Shown in pieces: positions 13,633 through 41,600 of a stretch of DNA of 64,000 bases (positions within the stretch are counted from its first letter, which is position 1; each line of letters begins with the position of its first letter). The position numbers were made by a program, and so were the translations under genes. Source of the DNA: Hormiphora californensis (Eukaryota; Animalia; Ctenophora); the NCBI GenBank assembly GCA_020137815.1, contig CM035361.1, forward strand, positions 6,572,001 to 6,636,000, in the 5' to 3' direction. The notes under the pieces are model-generated. The model saw only the letters and a list, made by a program, of their open reading frames with translations, ran no database searches and had not been told where the DNA came from.

Positions 13633-14127
13633 CTGAAAATGAGAGAGCTAGGTGAGAGATAGAGAGGCACGAGGATATAGGTTATAGCCTAAAAATTTAA
13701 AGAGCAGTAAAAAGCAGTTAGGGGATGGAAACTGATTGTACCTTTGCCTCTGATGGGTTGTCCAATTGAGACCATGCACCCTCTCTCCTGGTGGTCTCTC
13801 AGCTGTTGGTTTTATACTTGTTAGTGCAGTGAAGTGGTCCTCAGCACCTGCGTCTCCTCAGCCGTTATTATATATCCAACTATAGCCTTTGAAGTCCGCC
13901 TGAAAATAGAGAAGTTTTTTTAGAGAGAGAGACAGAGAGAGAGACAGAGAGAGAGACAGAGACAGAGACAGAGACAGAGACAGAGACAGAGAGAGAGACA
14001 GAGACAGAGACAGAGACAGAGACGAGACAGAGACAGAGACAGAGACAGAGACAGAGACAGAGACAGAGGGATTTCCTAGCCAACTTGCTACATCAATATT
14101 CAATCTAGCTTACATAAACTAGCTTAC

Positions 14128-14441
14128 CGTATTCCTGCACCCCCGGCATTTGCAATAAATTTTACAGCGTTTGTTAGCTGCAACGGTTGCTCAAGCAGCC
14201 AGTACTGCAGCTACAGCTGGTCTCGTCTTTGGGCTTTTTTGAAAGTGGTCCCATACACCATTGCCTCACTCTTCATCATCATCTCGAGGAGCAGTTCCTC
14301 TTGCTTGTCAGTAATATGTGTTCGTTTAACATGTTCCACCATCCCTCTATTATCAAGTTTGTTGAGGATTGCAGTGTTCTTATCCTCCTTGCAGTCAGAA
14401 GGGTCCAATAGCATTGCCAACAGGACATAGGTAGGATACCC
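14128..14441 (-). pseudogene. Transposase-like exon fragment with a disrupted CXC cysteine cluster
   Basis: GYPTYVLLAMLLDP... is followed, across frameshifts, by SCSCSTGCLSNRCS*/KRCKIYCKCRGCRN. It is AG-GT bounded. Confidence 0.4.
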
Positions 14442-14875
14442 TAAAATATCAAATACTGGATTAGGGGTACGGGGAGTTGCAAAAAGCTTAGCAAGTAATG
14501 AGAGTTCGATCTGCCACCATATATTACAAGAGTGGTGTGTAAACCTGTAGATCAATTTCCGGGGTGGGGAACACAGTTCAAAGCAAGGTGGATCAGGGTG
14601 GTGAGAGCTAACAGTGCACGACAAACAATAGTAGGGAACATGGCAGAAATAGGAACAAAACTGGATATAATCTCTCTTTCTCTCTATCTATCTATCTATC
14701 TTTCTCTCTTTATCCGATTGTTGCACGCTCCTCGATCATCCGATTATTGCACTACCATTATCTCCCTCTCTATCATGCTCCCTCTATCATGCTCTCACAT
14801 TAACACATATCTCTATTATAATTTTTTTGGAAAAACAATTAAAAATATATACACAATGGTATTTACAATAGCAAT

Positions 14876-15262
14876 TTACAATTTTATATTATTAAAAGCA
14901 TAGGTAAAATCATCAACATTATAATCTTTCATTGTCCTGCTGTTTCTTGACCCACGTATACATAAAAGGCTCAATTTTAAAATGATAAAGGAGAGTCTCA
15001 CTCTTAAAAAGCTAATAACGTCATTAAAATTCTCATTCTTTTTATTACAAATCTTGTTACATAAAAGTTTTAAAAAAGTCTTGCATTCAGGTCCATAGCC
15101 TCCTGTTATTGAAAAAATTAAAGGGGTAAAAGTGCCTCTTTCGACATTTAAAATTCTCTCATTATATTTACACCTTTTCTTAGATTCAAGATATGTAAAA
15201 ACCTTCTTTGCACTTTTACATTTAGTTATGTAGCTTTTAGAGTTCGGATTAATAAGCTGCAC
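14876..15262 (-). mobile_element. 3' fragment of a CRE-clade non-LTR retrotransposon (restriction-like endonuclease domain)
   Basis: KKRCKYNERILNVERGTFTPLIFSITGGYGPECKTF...LRVRLSFIILKLSLLCIRGSR is the typical C-terminal RLE region. Confidence 0.75.
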
Positions 15263-15879
15263 ATCAACGTCGTGGTGATGGCCGTTCGTTAGGCGGTATC
15301 TAAGCGACAGACTGCTCCTTCATTAAGAATTTCAATGGCGTCCTGCAGTGGTGCAGTGACCAAAATTACGTAACTATGACGGAAGTTGAGCCGCGCACAC
15401 ACAGTGGCTACTAACAGCGACTGCTTTAACCTCTCCTTCCGCTGCGCGCGTTCCTGAATGATCAACTCCTGCCATGACCACTTTATGTTGCTATGGCACT
15501 GTTTTGGGTCCTCTTAAGATGTGTGCTCACTGCTCCTGCTATCCGATCACATTTCATCTCATCAGTTTAGTTTCACCTCATCAGAACACAGGCCCTGTCA
15601 GTGTCACATGTCTCACAGTCATCAGCTCTGTACACTGTACAGTGTCACATGTTTAAATTACCACACCCATCATTATGGGAGTGTTGAATAGAACTCTAAA
15701 TCAGATGGCAAACCCAAAGCGTTATGTTTAACACCCAGCCCTCTTTTGGGGGCAGTTGTTTTTACTTTGCTGGCAGTTTGCGATCATTTCGGAACATAAT
15801 TTAGCAATTCAGTCTCCATAGTTACCGATTTAGTTGCCATGGCAACCATTGAGTTGGTGACATATGAGGGAAAAAGAGG

Positions 15880-15947
15880 GCCACCCGGCGGAGCCGGGTG
15901 GGTTATCAAAAAGCCCTTACTTAGGGCACACCCAATGGGTGCGCTAG
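15880..15947 (+). mobile_element. Helitron-like 3' terminus of a non-autonomous element
   Basis: Hairpin CCACCCGGC-GGA-GCCGGGTGG, then a second hairpin (CACCCAATGGGTG) directly followed by CTAG-T. Confidence 0.55.
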
Positions 15948-16627
15948 TATGATATATGTAACAATTACAAAAAAACAGGGCTGCAAATAGTCAGATCCAA
16001 TACAGAAAATTACAAACTTCACAGAGATGTTCAAACTTGTTATGTTCTAACCCTCCTTTACATTTGCGGGGCACAGTCTATTATAGCTAGGCAAGTTCAA
16101 TCTAGAAGTAAACTCTCAGACTACACCACTCCAAGTTTATATTCACACGATTTCCGATTTCATGACACGTGTTGTAATCAGACCCCAGCTCAGAATGATT
16201 GGGTACTATGTAATTACCTGATTTGTTAATTAGTGGGAATATCATGATTCTTGACAAGAAACTGAACCTGGTAACATGATGCCAGAACTTCCTTCCTGCC
16301 AAGATACCAGGTCCGGTTTCAGGAAATCCTGATGGGATAAATTCCATATCTTACTCTCCCTTAGCAACCCACTTAGAAACTCCCCTATTAGAAACTCGCC
16401 TATTAGAAACTCCCCTATTAGAAACTAACTATCCCCCATACGGATCAGATGTCGCTCTGAAATTAAACAACCACTTACTCACAATTCACAATCACTTGTC
16501 TCCTTTCATATGGATATTAATTAGTGCCTTGATTAATTCCTAATTAATGTACTAAATTAATTCGGGACTAATTCACATAATGGAAAGTTAATTAAATCCT
16601 GACTATCTCTCTCTCTCTCTCTCACAG

Positions 16628-26852
<10,225 letters not shown>

Positions 26853-27857
26853 AAGATATCAGTTCATTGATGTGGGTCAAAGTTAATTGATGCAGCAAGA
26901 TTAAGAAGTTCAATCTGGAATTTAGAATCGAATGTTCGTAGCAACGGTAGCAATGCGATTTAGTGCAAACACGGGGCAAGAACACTGTTTTATTGGGCCA
27001 GGAAGGGGACACGTTTAGTTAGTAGAGAGAGAAAATGTTTTTCTTTAGTTTTGTACTGAATTTTAATATTGTCTTGTCGAATATTCTAGAGTACAGCAGC
27101 ATATATGAATTAATTAGTTCTGTTAATAACTATAAGTTATAGTGGTGGCATTTCAGTGCATTAGATTTAGCTGTAGAACATAGACGATATAGAATTAGAT
27201 ATTGCATAAGCCAAATATGGCTCATCGATATCTCTCTCATATCTCTCTCATTTGCCTAGCTAGACTCTGTTTCGCGCTTTACAAAATGTTTATTTAATGT
27301 AAAGGAGGGTTAGAACAAAACAACTCTCTCATATGCTGTCAGAGCATTGGCCTGACCCATTCTCGTTTCTCGCGCGAGAACTGTGGTCAGAGCATTGGCC
27401 TGACAGCTCATATGAGACTGAGAGTGCTATCTGACGTCGCCAGACCCCGTTTTGATTCTTGAAATCTCAGATCGGGTCATTGGGCACGTCACGCCCTCTT
27501 TTTTCGCGGCCAAATCGGGTCAGCGCCGTCAGGAAGTGAGAATGAGATTGAGATTTAGGAATTCGTATAATTATTCAATTTATTGTTGGTAATGATGGCA
27601 TGGTATTGGTTGGAATGGTTGACTTGGAACCAACTGGATGGTTGTATAATTGTTCATACTATTATGCAACTGCACAAGATGATGGACATCATTTCGGAAT
27701 TGCAAAATGCAAGAATCAAATTGTTTAACTGAAGAATTCGAGACTTCACTTTCTGCGTGGTATTGGTAAACTTTTCTTGGATTTACTCTTAGTTGCCAAA
27801 AACTATAATTAGATTGTCTATCATTTTGTTTCTATTACGGCCTACCTTGCACCTACC

Positions 27858-28091
27858 TAGGGCGCGCACAGACTGTCCAATGTCCATGCGTGATCATTAT
27901 GGGCATGGGCAAGATTTTGACCAATTCGCACAGACTGACAAAAATTGGTCATTTGACCAAGCTTGGAGAGTAAAAACTGAAACTAATTCATAACATATCG
28001 AAAACCACTGAACCCGACTAATTTTGATACGCTGGCGACTTGGTCAAAATAATGGACATGATCACGCATGGACAGTCTGTGCGCACCCCTA
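27858..28091. mobile_element. MITE with TAGGG...CCCTA inverted termini
   Basis: TAGGGCGCGCACAGACTGTCC...CCATGCGTGATCA mirrors TGATCACGCATGGACAGTCTGTGCGCACCCCTA. Confidence 0.7.
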
Positions 28092-29614
28092 GAGACATCC
28101 CATCAATCTGACTGCCGAGGGATTATAATAGATTTGGGCACGTCGCGCCCCCTACGGGGCTTGCTGTACATCAAAATTCAAAAACGAGTGCCATGTCAGA
28201 ATTGTCACTGAGTCACTTATTCTGGCAGTATATTTCGTCTAGCTGGGGCCTGGGAGATCTCTACTAGTACTTCTAGGCTGGGAGATCTCCCGGGGACGTT
28301 TCCAGGAGATCTCCGCGCCGGAGGTGCGGGGCCGTAATTGAGAGTAACAATTACAAATGCAATTGCATGCAAGTCTGTGATCGACTGTATGGAGAATGGA
28401 GATTGGCGGCGTCCATACCCTAATTTGATTCTCAAATCTGACAGTGCGCTCAGATGGGGTCGGCGGCGCCGGACAGGTGATCGAAAACGGTTCCAAAAGG
28501 CCCCTTTTTCTCCATTTGAATGAAAATAAATGCGAAGGATGTGACGCGCTTAAAAACAATAAACACGCTGCAGATGAAAATGCGCGGCGCGCTTTGAAAT
28601 TGGCGTCGCAACGTGAGCTGAAAAGTTTGAAATCAAACTTTTCAGCTCACAAACCCCCTTTCTCTCTTCGGCAGCTTCTCTTCGGCTGTTGGAAAGTGAT
28701 GCCAATCGGTGTTGGGGTTAGTGAATTTAAAAAAAAAATTTCAGCTCACAAAAAAATTTCAAGCCGAAAATTTTCAGAATTTCCGTTCCCCGTCTGCCTT
28801 TTGGCTCTTGCAGTGCATAGTGTTGCGCTTGGAGCCCTCGGTAAATGGAATATCCCTAGGAAAAACTCACTCCAATAATTTGGGATTTCCCTAGCTGCAA
28901 AGCAGCCGTCGCGTTGCATGTCTGTTCAAGGTAGACCGAAGACTAGCTGTCTGGTAATCCACGAATAGCACTGTCTTCAGAACTAGGAGGTCAGGATATG
29001 GGGTGCCCTGTGGTTGCTGTCTCGCGATCAAGAAATGAGTACAACTGTCAGTTCAGCAATCGAAGAAGCTGTGAGCTGTCGGGAAGACTGAAGCCATCAC
29101 TACACCTGTTTTCAGTGGCTGTAACAGTTATATTTGTACTATTTTTCCATAGCGCTGTTTCCATTTTGTTACTCATTAAGGTACAGACGACCAAGATCTC
29201 AATATAATTATCCTAATCGAGTAATATAAAATGAAGGATGTAAGCAAGATTTGGATTAGCATATCTTTCTTCATTCTTGGTTTACTTGTTAGAGTTAAAA
29301 GTGTGTGTCCTGTAGAATGCTCGATCCGGGCATGCAGAGAGCTTTCTGGGTTTACTTCTCCCAGTTCGTCGACCATACGACTCCTGGGAATGAGAGATGT
29401 TAAACTCTCACACGACGGGGTGAAGTTTTTGCTTCAATTTGTTTCTGTCCAAACGAACCGGTGGTCAGTGGTATTTTGAAGGAGTTTCATTTGAAACTCT
29501 TCCTGGATATCTAATGTTTGGGACTCCGTACTTCTCTTGGAGTGTCAAGATAATATTTTTGTTTTCTGATGTTAATCGATAACAATCATCGTTGGTCAAT
29601 ATGAGGTGTCGTCA

Positions 29615-29720
29615 GCAGGGTGGTGTAGTGGCTAGTACACTCGCCTCTCGTGCATTAGGTCCAGGTTCGATCCTAGCACATGCCGTCTAGTCCACCCTAG
29701 CTATGACTGGTAGGGGCACG
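29615..29720 (+). mobile_element. tRNA-derived SINE head
   Basis: A box TGGTGTAGTGG (29621) and B box GGTTCGATCC (29664). I could not see a proper acceptor stem or poly-T terminator. Confidence 0.6.
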
Positions 29721-29751
29721 AAAGTAACACAAGTTTACACCTCCAGCTTTC

Positions 29752-31374
29752 ACAACTTTACAAGTTTACAAGTTTACAAGTTTACAATTAAAGTTTTATT
29801 TATAAAGAAACATGCCTTCCCTGAATGGGTCCACCTAAATAAAATTAAGTTGAAAAACTATCCCTTCACACTCACACTCATCAGCACAGCACAGCACATT
29901 GAGGCGAAAGGTCATTTGGAAGTGGCGGGTACCCTCTGACTGGAGGACGATCGTGAAATCCTGTCAAGTAATTGCCCAATGATGATTTGAACTGAGTCAA
30001 GCTCACACAAGAATTGACAGCAGCTGGTAGAGTGTTCCATAAATGAGCTGCTCTTGGACCAAATGAGCAGTGAAATTGATTAGCTCGTTTCGTTTCTGCT
30101 CTATAGGGGTAAGGTGGTGGGACTATCCGCATACCCAGTCTAGCGTGCTGTTGAAATACTAGGTTGGCAGAGTTAGGTACAAAACCATGAATCGTCTTCC
30201 ACACATGAATCAGAATGTAGCGCTGTCTCCGACGCTCAAGGGACATAAGATTGAGCAATTTCAGTCTATCCCAATAGTCATGACCCTGCATACCATCAAG
30301 ACGTCTGGTGAAACAACGTTGGACATTCTCAATAGCCTTGATATCACCAGCCTTGGAAGGGTTCCAGACTAGGCAACAGTACTCAAGAATAGGCCTGACC
30401 AAGGACTTGAAAAGCTGTACCATAACCTCCGGAGAACGGTCCCGAAAAACGCTGAATATCCAGCCACTCAAGAGGGAAGCCTTCCGCACTATGATAGAAA
30501 TGTGCCTCGTCCATGACCCATCTGAAGACATCTGGACACAAACATCAGGTTCGGGGGTCAACTGCACACCTGAGCTTGTAGTATATGAAAACACTTCAGC
30601 TGCGAAAGGAAACTGTCTGAGGATAGTAGACTTATTCAGACTATAGCTCAAGAGCTGAAATTTATCCTCATGTAACTTCATATTGTTCTTTTTTGCCCAT
30701 TCTGCCACTCTTAAAAGATCGTTCTGTAGGCACGCCTGGCCAGCCATATCCGAAATAGCTTTTACCAACTTAGTATCGTCAGCAAAAGTTAGACACATGC
30801 TACCGTCTAGCACTGACTCCAGGTCAAGAATATATATGAGGAAAAGAAGTGGTCCGAGCACACTACCCTGGGCAACCCCTCTAAGTACCTCAACCCAGGG
30901 TGACCTCACTCCATCCACCATTACACACTGATTCCTGCCCAGGATCCAAGCACTGATCCACTGCAGGAGTTGACCTCCAATACCATATCGCCTCAATTTA
31001 GCTAGCAGAACATTGATATCCACGGAATCAAATGCTTTACTAAAATCTAAGTAGATAGCATCGACTTCCTGATCACCGCATAGATCAGATAGGATGATGT
31101 CAACATGGGTTAGTAGCTGTGTCATGGTACTGCGCCCCTTCCTAAACCCATGCTGAGTGTCACTCTGCAACTCCATCTCGTCCAAGTAGTCACTGATCCG
31201 TTTCCTCACCAGCCGCTCAAACACTTTAGACAGGTGACTTGTTATAGACACTGGGCGATAGTTCACAGGTTTCGATTTAGCCCCCTTCTTGAATAACGGT
31301 GTTATGAACTGTTGCTTTAAGCAACTAGGGACCGATCCGTCTTCAAATGACCTGTTCCACAACATCCAAATCAT
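29752..31374 (-). mobile_element. 5'-truncated CR1-type LINE (reverse transcriptase ORF 29881-31374)
   Basis: NYRPVSITS, QHGFRKGRST, YLDFSKAFDSV, GVAQGSVLGPLLF and FADD motifs, with a (TTGTAAAC)n 3' tail. Confidence 0.92.
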
Positions 31375-31386
31375 GTTTTATTGGTG

Positions 31387-33213
31387 AGTCTCCTGCTCAG
31401 AAGTGTTCAGTGACCCTTCAGCTATCGATCCAGAAGTTGCAGCGGGACGAGTCGAAGATCTGGGTGACATCCTGTGCCATCTGGAATTTACGCCCAACTC
31501 GATTCTTGATGCCCTTAAGGAGATTAAACCATTCTCGGCCTCTCCGCCCGACTGTATACCAGCGTATGTCCTGAAACAATGTTGTACCAGTCTGTCATAT
31601 CCTATCTGGTTACTGTGGAATCAGTCATACATGAAGGGGGCTGTATCACCCGTTCTCAAAAATCAGTATATAACACCCATATTCAAAAAGGGTCCTAAAT
31701 CGTTGAAGGAAAACTACCGCCCTGTTTCCATCACGTCTCATCTTACCAAGGTGTTTGAGAGACTCATCAGGAGGAGTGTAGCTGATCATATCGATAAACT
31801 GGAGTTACACAGCGAAAACCAACATGGGTTCCGTAAAGGCCGAAGTACCATGTCTCAACTCTTGACTCACGTTGACTACATATTGAGTGAACTCTGCTCG
31901 GATCGGGAAGTTGATGTGGTTTATTTGGACTTTAGTAAGGCCTTCGACCGTGTGGATATTGAGCTCCTCCTTGCCAAACTCAAACGATATGGGATAGGAG
32001 GTAAGGTTTACGACTGGATACGTGCCTGGATTAAAGGACGGCACCAGTGTGTGGTTGTGGATGGGGCTACATCGGCATGGATCGAAGTTTTAAGTGGAGT
32101 GGCCCAGGGCAGTGTTCTTGGACCCCTTCTCTTTCTCATTTACATACTGGACCTGGAATCAGTTCTAGATAAAACTATGGCACTCACCTTTGCTGATGAT
32201 ACCAAACTCATTCGGGCCATTAAAGAGCTGAGTGATAAGAACGAGCTTCAGTTGGACCTGCTCAAGGTATCAGAGTGGGCAACCTCTAACAACATGGTTC
32301 TGCACGAATCGAAGTTCCAACTCCTCAGCTACAGGCTCAATAAGTCTGCTCTCCTTGAGAATTTGCCATTCATGTCTGAGGTATACTCTTATACGACAGC
32401 CTCAGGATGCGATTTACTACCGGAGGAACATGTGCGTGACCTGGGCGTACTAATATCAGAAGATGGCTCATGGTCGAGACACATATCTACCATAGTACGA
32501 AAGGCGTCTCTTCTCTCCGGTTGGATCTTCAGTGTGTTTAGAGATCGAACCCCGGAGGTTATGTTGCAGTTGTACAAATCATTGGTACGGCCTATCCTGG
32601 AATACTGCTGCCTGGTCTGGTGCCCATCGAAAGTGGGGGATATCAAGGCAATTGAAAATGTCCAGCGGTGCTTCACCAGAAGACTTAATTGAAGGAATGA
32701 AAGAGTTGGATTACTGGGCCAGACTCAGAGAGCTCCGGATGATGTCACTTCAAAGGAGGAGACAGCGATACCTACTCATTCATACCTGGAAGACTCACCA
32801 TGAGCTGGTTCCAAACTCAGCTGATATTATCTTCCAAACGACTCTGAGGCTAGGGGTACGGGCTATACCACCACCTTATCCTTATAGAGCTGAAACTAAA
32901 CGGGCAAATCAGCTCCATAACTCATTCGGCTGTCGGGCGGCCCATTTGTGGAACTGTCTACCGAAATCTGTAAACTCTTGTCAATCATTGGGTGAATTCA
33001 AAGCGGAGCTGGGGAAGTTCCTAAACACCTTCAATGACTGTCCCCCCACTAGGGGATACCCGGTACTCCCTAACAATCTCTCTCCGGCATGTCTAATATC
33101 TGTGTAGGCCGGTATGGAGTAGCGTTTAAATAATTTATGGGGGACCCACTATGGGAAGCCCTTTTTATTGTATAAAACTATCTATTTGTAAACCTTGTAA
33201 ACCTTGTAAACCT
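31387..33213 (+). mobile_element. 5'-truncated CR1-type LINE (RT ORF 31403-32692, frameshifted into 32532-33107)
   Basis: Same RT motifs, one frameshift near 32688, and a (CTTGTAAAC)n tail at ~33186-33213. Confidence 0.92.
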
Positions 33214-34543
33214 AGGTCACTGTCCTGAGGACAGTGCCTTTGGTTTTTTGGGGGCCCGGGCGGTATTATTGGTAACTCAGTTTTCCGTGAGGGACCCGGG
33301 TTCTTTTTGGGGATTTTAATTTTTCTATCAAACGAGTGAATTGTTTGATGTTATTACACAACATTTAATTTCAAAGTTTGACATTCTCGTTGACTGTACA
33401 TCATCTTTTCAAAATAACCCAGTGTTTGGTCACTTACAATTATTGTACATTACCTAACATTATAATAGGTTATGTTAAAGGGGGAATACATTGTGGTCAT
33501 TAACTAATCTTGTTATAGGAAAGGTATGGCGGGGGTTAGAATAACCAGTAGTCCCGGGGAAGAAATCTTTAAAAACCTCAAAAAATTTTTTTGTACATTT
33601 ATTTTTTTTCATAAAAAAGAATCATGTGAGGGTTCAGTAGATCAACAACTGTCGTTCAGTAGGGTTCAATCGTTATTATCTTTACAGAGAAGACGAAAAA
33701 AAAACAGGCGGGGGGAGGGGCGGACGGCGCGGGAAGGACGAGGGCAGGGGCACGGCCAAAAGGAAGCAAAGAAGGGACAAGGCCCCGAGGGGAAAGAACA
33801 CGAAGGGGCGAGCGCGCACGGGAAAAGACATGCCCCCAAAACGAAACCACCAGCCGGCGCCAGCGCGCGCGCAGCGTCGCGCCGCGAGCGAGAGCGCGGC
33901 TCAAGCGCGCGCGCGCAAGACGCGAGCGAGCGAGAGCGAGAGGAGATGAACAGCCGAGCGCGCGGCGCGCGCGCGCTCGCGCGGCGCGCGCGCGCAACCA
34001 GCGGGGCGCGCTCCGCGCGCGCGCTATCGCTCGACGCCGCGCCCGCGCTCGCTCGGCTCGCGCGAGTTCTGCTCGTAGCACCCTCCCGCTGCTCGCGCTA
34101 GAGCTCTAGCTCTCGCTTCTAGTCTAGCTCTCGCTCTCTCGATCCTCGAGCTCTCGCTCTGTCTCTCTATTCTCTATCGAGCGGTGCCGCGCTGACTCTG
34201 GCTCTCTCCAGGCTCTCGACGCGAGAAACAGCGAGAGAGCGCGCGAGAGCGAAAGGCGAGATGCTGGAGCACAAGCGCGCGCGCGCGCCAGAGCTGCGCG
34301 AGAGACAAGAGAAGAGAGAGAGCCCAATGGCGCGAGACGCGAGAAGAGAGAGCGAGACGAGTCGCGAGAGAGAGAGAGGAGAGAGAAGAGAGAAAGCAGA
34401 GCGGAGAGAAGAGAGAGAGAGAGAGCGCATAGAAAAAAAAGGTTGCTCTCCCTCTCTCTCTCTCGCTCTCCTGTCTTTCTCTCTCCGCTCTCTCTCTCTC
34501 TCTCTCTCTCTCTCTACCATCTCTCTCTCCCTCCCTCTCTCCA

Positions 34544-34615
<72 letters not shown>

Positions 34616-34626
34616 TCTTTTTGCAG

Positions 34627-38601
<3,975 letters not shown>

Positions 38602-38679
38602 GTTTGTTCTAACTCATAACTTGGTGGTGGGGGAGGCCGAGGGGGGTGTTTGCAAAACTAAAGTTTGCTATAACATTTT

Positions 38680-41600
38680 TTTCACAAAACCGGGGGGGGG
38701 GGTGGGGGTGGTTTGTTTTGTTCTAACCCTTTCTTTTACAAAACCGGGGGGGGGGGGGGGGGGGGTTGTTGTGTTCTAACCCTTTCTTTTAAAAAACCCG
38801 GGGGGGGGGGGGGGGGGGGAGGTGGTTTTTTGGGTGTTAATCCTTTCTTTACAACCGGGGGGGGTGGTTTGTTGTGTTCAACCTTTAAGCAAAATGGGGG
38901 GGGGGTGGGGGGGGGGAGGTGGTTGGTGTTCTAATCCTTTTTTACAAACCGGGGGGGGGGGGGGGGGGAGGGGTTTGTTGGTTCTAACCCCTTTCTTTTA
39001 CAAAACCGGGGGGGGGGGGGGAGGTGGTTTGTTGTGTTCTACCCTTTCTTTCACAAACCGGGGGGGGGGGGGGGGGGGGAGGTGGTTTGTTGTGTTCTAA
39101 TCCTTTCTTCACAAAACCGGGGGGGGGGGGGGGGGGAGGTGGTTTGTTGTGTTCTAACCCTTTCTTTTACAAAACGGGGGGGGGGGGGGGGAGGTGGTTT
39201 GTGTGTTCTAACCCTTTTCTTTACAAAACCGGGGGGGGGGGTGGTTGTGTTGTGTTCTAACCCTTTATTTCACAAACCGGGGGGGGGGGGGGAGAGGTGG
39301 TTTGTTGTGTTCTAATCCTTTCTTTCACAAAAACGGGGGGGGCGGGGGGGGGGGGGGGGAGGTGGTTGTGTCTTGTTTGTGTTCTAACCTTCTTTTACAA
39401 AACCGGGGGGGGGGGGAGGTGGTTTGTTGTTGTTCTAACCCTTTCTTTTTACAAAAACCGGGGGGGGGGGGGGGGAGGTGGTTTGTTGTGTTCTAATCCT
39501 TTCTTTTACAAAACCGGGGGGGGGGGGGGGAGGTGGTTTGTTGTGTTCTAATCCTTTCTTTTACAAAACCGGGGGGAGGTGGTTTGTTGTGTTCTAACCC
39601 TTTCTTTTACAAAACCGGGGGGAGGTGGTTTGTTGTGTTCTAACCCTTTCTTTCACAAAACCGGGGGGGGGGGGGGGGAGGTGGTTTGTTGTGTTCTAAC
39701 CCTTTCTTTTACAAAACCGGGGGGGGGGGGGGAGGTGGTTTGTTGTGTTCTAATCCTTTCTTTTCACAAACCGGGGGGGGGGGGGAGGTGGTTTGTTGTG
39801 TTATAACCCTTTTCTTTCACAAAACCGGGGGGGGGGGGGGGGAGGTGGTTTTGTTGTGTTCTAACCTTTCTTTTACAAAACGGGGGGGAGGGGGGGAGGT
39901 GGTTTGTTGTGTTCTAACCCTTTCTTTCACAAAACCCAGGGGGGGGGGGGGGGGAGGTGTTTGTTGTGTTCTAACCCTTTCTTTTACAAAACCGGGGGGG
40001 GGGGGGGAGGTGGTTTGTTGTGTTCTAATCCTTTCTTTTACAAAACCGGGGGGGGGGGGGGGAGGTGGTTTGTTGTGTTCTAACCCTTTCTTTCACAAAA
40101 CCGGGGGGGGGGGGGGAGGTGGTTTGTTGTGTTCTAACCCTTTCTTTTACAAAACCGGGGGGGGGGGGGGGGGTGGATGTTGTGTTTCTTTTTTTCAAAC
40201 GGGGGGGAGGGGGTTTGTTGTGTTTAACCTTTCTTTACAAACCGGGGGGGGGGAGGTGAGTTCTCTTTTCGAACACCGGGGAGGTGGTTTGTTGTGTTGG
40301 TAACCTTTCTTTACAAAACCGGGGGGGGGGGGTGGGTGTGTTACCTTTTTTCACAAACCGGGGGGGGGGGGGGGAGGGGTTGTTGTGTTCTAACCTTTTC
40401 TTTTACAAAACCGGGGGGGGGGGGGAGGTGGTTTGTTGTGTTCTAACCCTTTCTTTCACAAAACCGGGGGGGGGGGGGGAGGTGGTTTGTTGTTCTAACC
40501 CTTTCTTTACAAAACCGGGGGGGGGGGGGGGGGGTGGTTTGTTGTGTTCTAACCTTTTTAAAAACGGGGGGGGGGGTGGGTGTTTTGTTGTTTTCTAACC
40601 CTTTTTTTAAAAAGGGGGGGGGGGGGGGGTGGTTTGTTTTTTTACTTTTTACAAAGGGGGGGGGGGGGGGGTGGTTTTTTTGGTTTCTAACTTTTTAAAA
40701 GGGGGGGGGGGGGGGGTTTGGGATGGGGGGTCAATCCTTTTTTTAAAACCCGGGGGAGGGGGGGAGGGGTTTTGTTGGGGTTTTCTTTTTTAAAACCCCC
40801 GGGGGGGGGGGTGGTTGTTTGTTCAACTTCTTTTACAAAACGGGGGGGGGGGGTGTTTGGTTAATCCTTTTTTAAAAGGGGGGGGGGGGGGGGTTTGTTG
40901 TTTCCTCCTTTTTTTTTAAAAAACCGGGGGGGGGGGGGAGGTGGTTTGGGGTTTACCTTCTTTTACAAAACGGGGGGGGGGGGGGGGGGGTTTGTTGGTT
41001 TAACTTTTTTACAAACCCGGGGGGGGGGGGGGGGGGGGTTGTTTTTCTTTTCTTTAAAAAAAAGGGGGGGGGGGGGGGGGGGAGTGGGTTGTTTTGTTTC
41101 TAACCTTTCTTTTACAAAACCGGGGGGGGGGGGGGGGGTGTTTTTTAAAATTTCTTTTACAAAAACCGGGGGGGGGGGGGGGGTTTTGGTTGTGGTTGAA
41201 CCTTTTTTCAAACCCCGGGGGGGGGGGGGGGGGTTGTTGTGTTTTTCCTTTTTTACAAAACCGGGGGGGGGGGGGGGGGGGGTGGGTTTTTTGGGGTTTT
41301 AACCTTTTTTAAAAGGGGGGGGGGGGGGAGGTGGTTTGTTTTTCCTTTTAAAAGGGGGGGGGGGGGGGGGGGGGGTGTTTTTTTTTTTTTTGGGGGGGGG
41401 GGGGTGTGGGATTTTTGGGGGGGGGGGTTTTTGGTTTGTTTTCCTTTTTCCAAAAAGGGGGGGGGGGAGGTGGTTTTTTGTGTTCAAACCCTTTTTTACA
41501 AAGGGGGGGGGGGTGGGAGGGGGTTTGTTTGTTTTTCCCCTTTCTTTTCCCCCGGGGGGGAGGGGGGTGGTTTGTGGTCTAACCTTTTTTACAAACACGG

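Noticed and set aside
13920-14068. (GA)n/(GAGACA)n tracts here and at ~16760, 21900, 22530 and 36625 giving SLSL/ERER ORFs
   Set aside because: Ordinary microsatellites.
28900-29600. Possible minus-strand coding remnant
   Set aside because: Multiple stops and no recognisable motif.
29615-29690. Functional tRNA gene
   Set aside because: A and B boxes are present, but there is no convincing acceptor stem, so a SINE head fits better.
33300-34620. Arg/Ala/Glu-rich ORFs upstream of PAP
   Set aside because: Low-quality (GA)n/(CG)n consensus. The true PAP first exon is probably obscured here.
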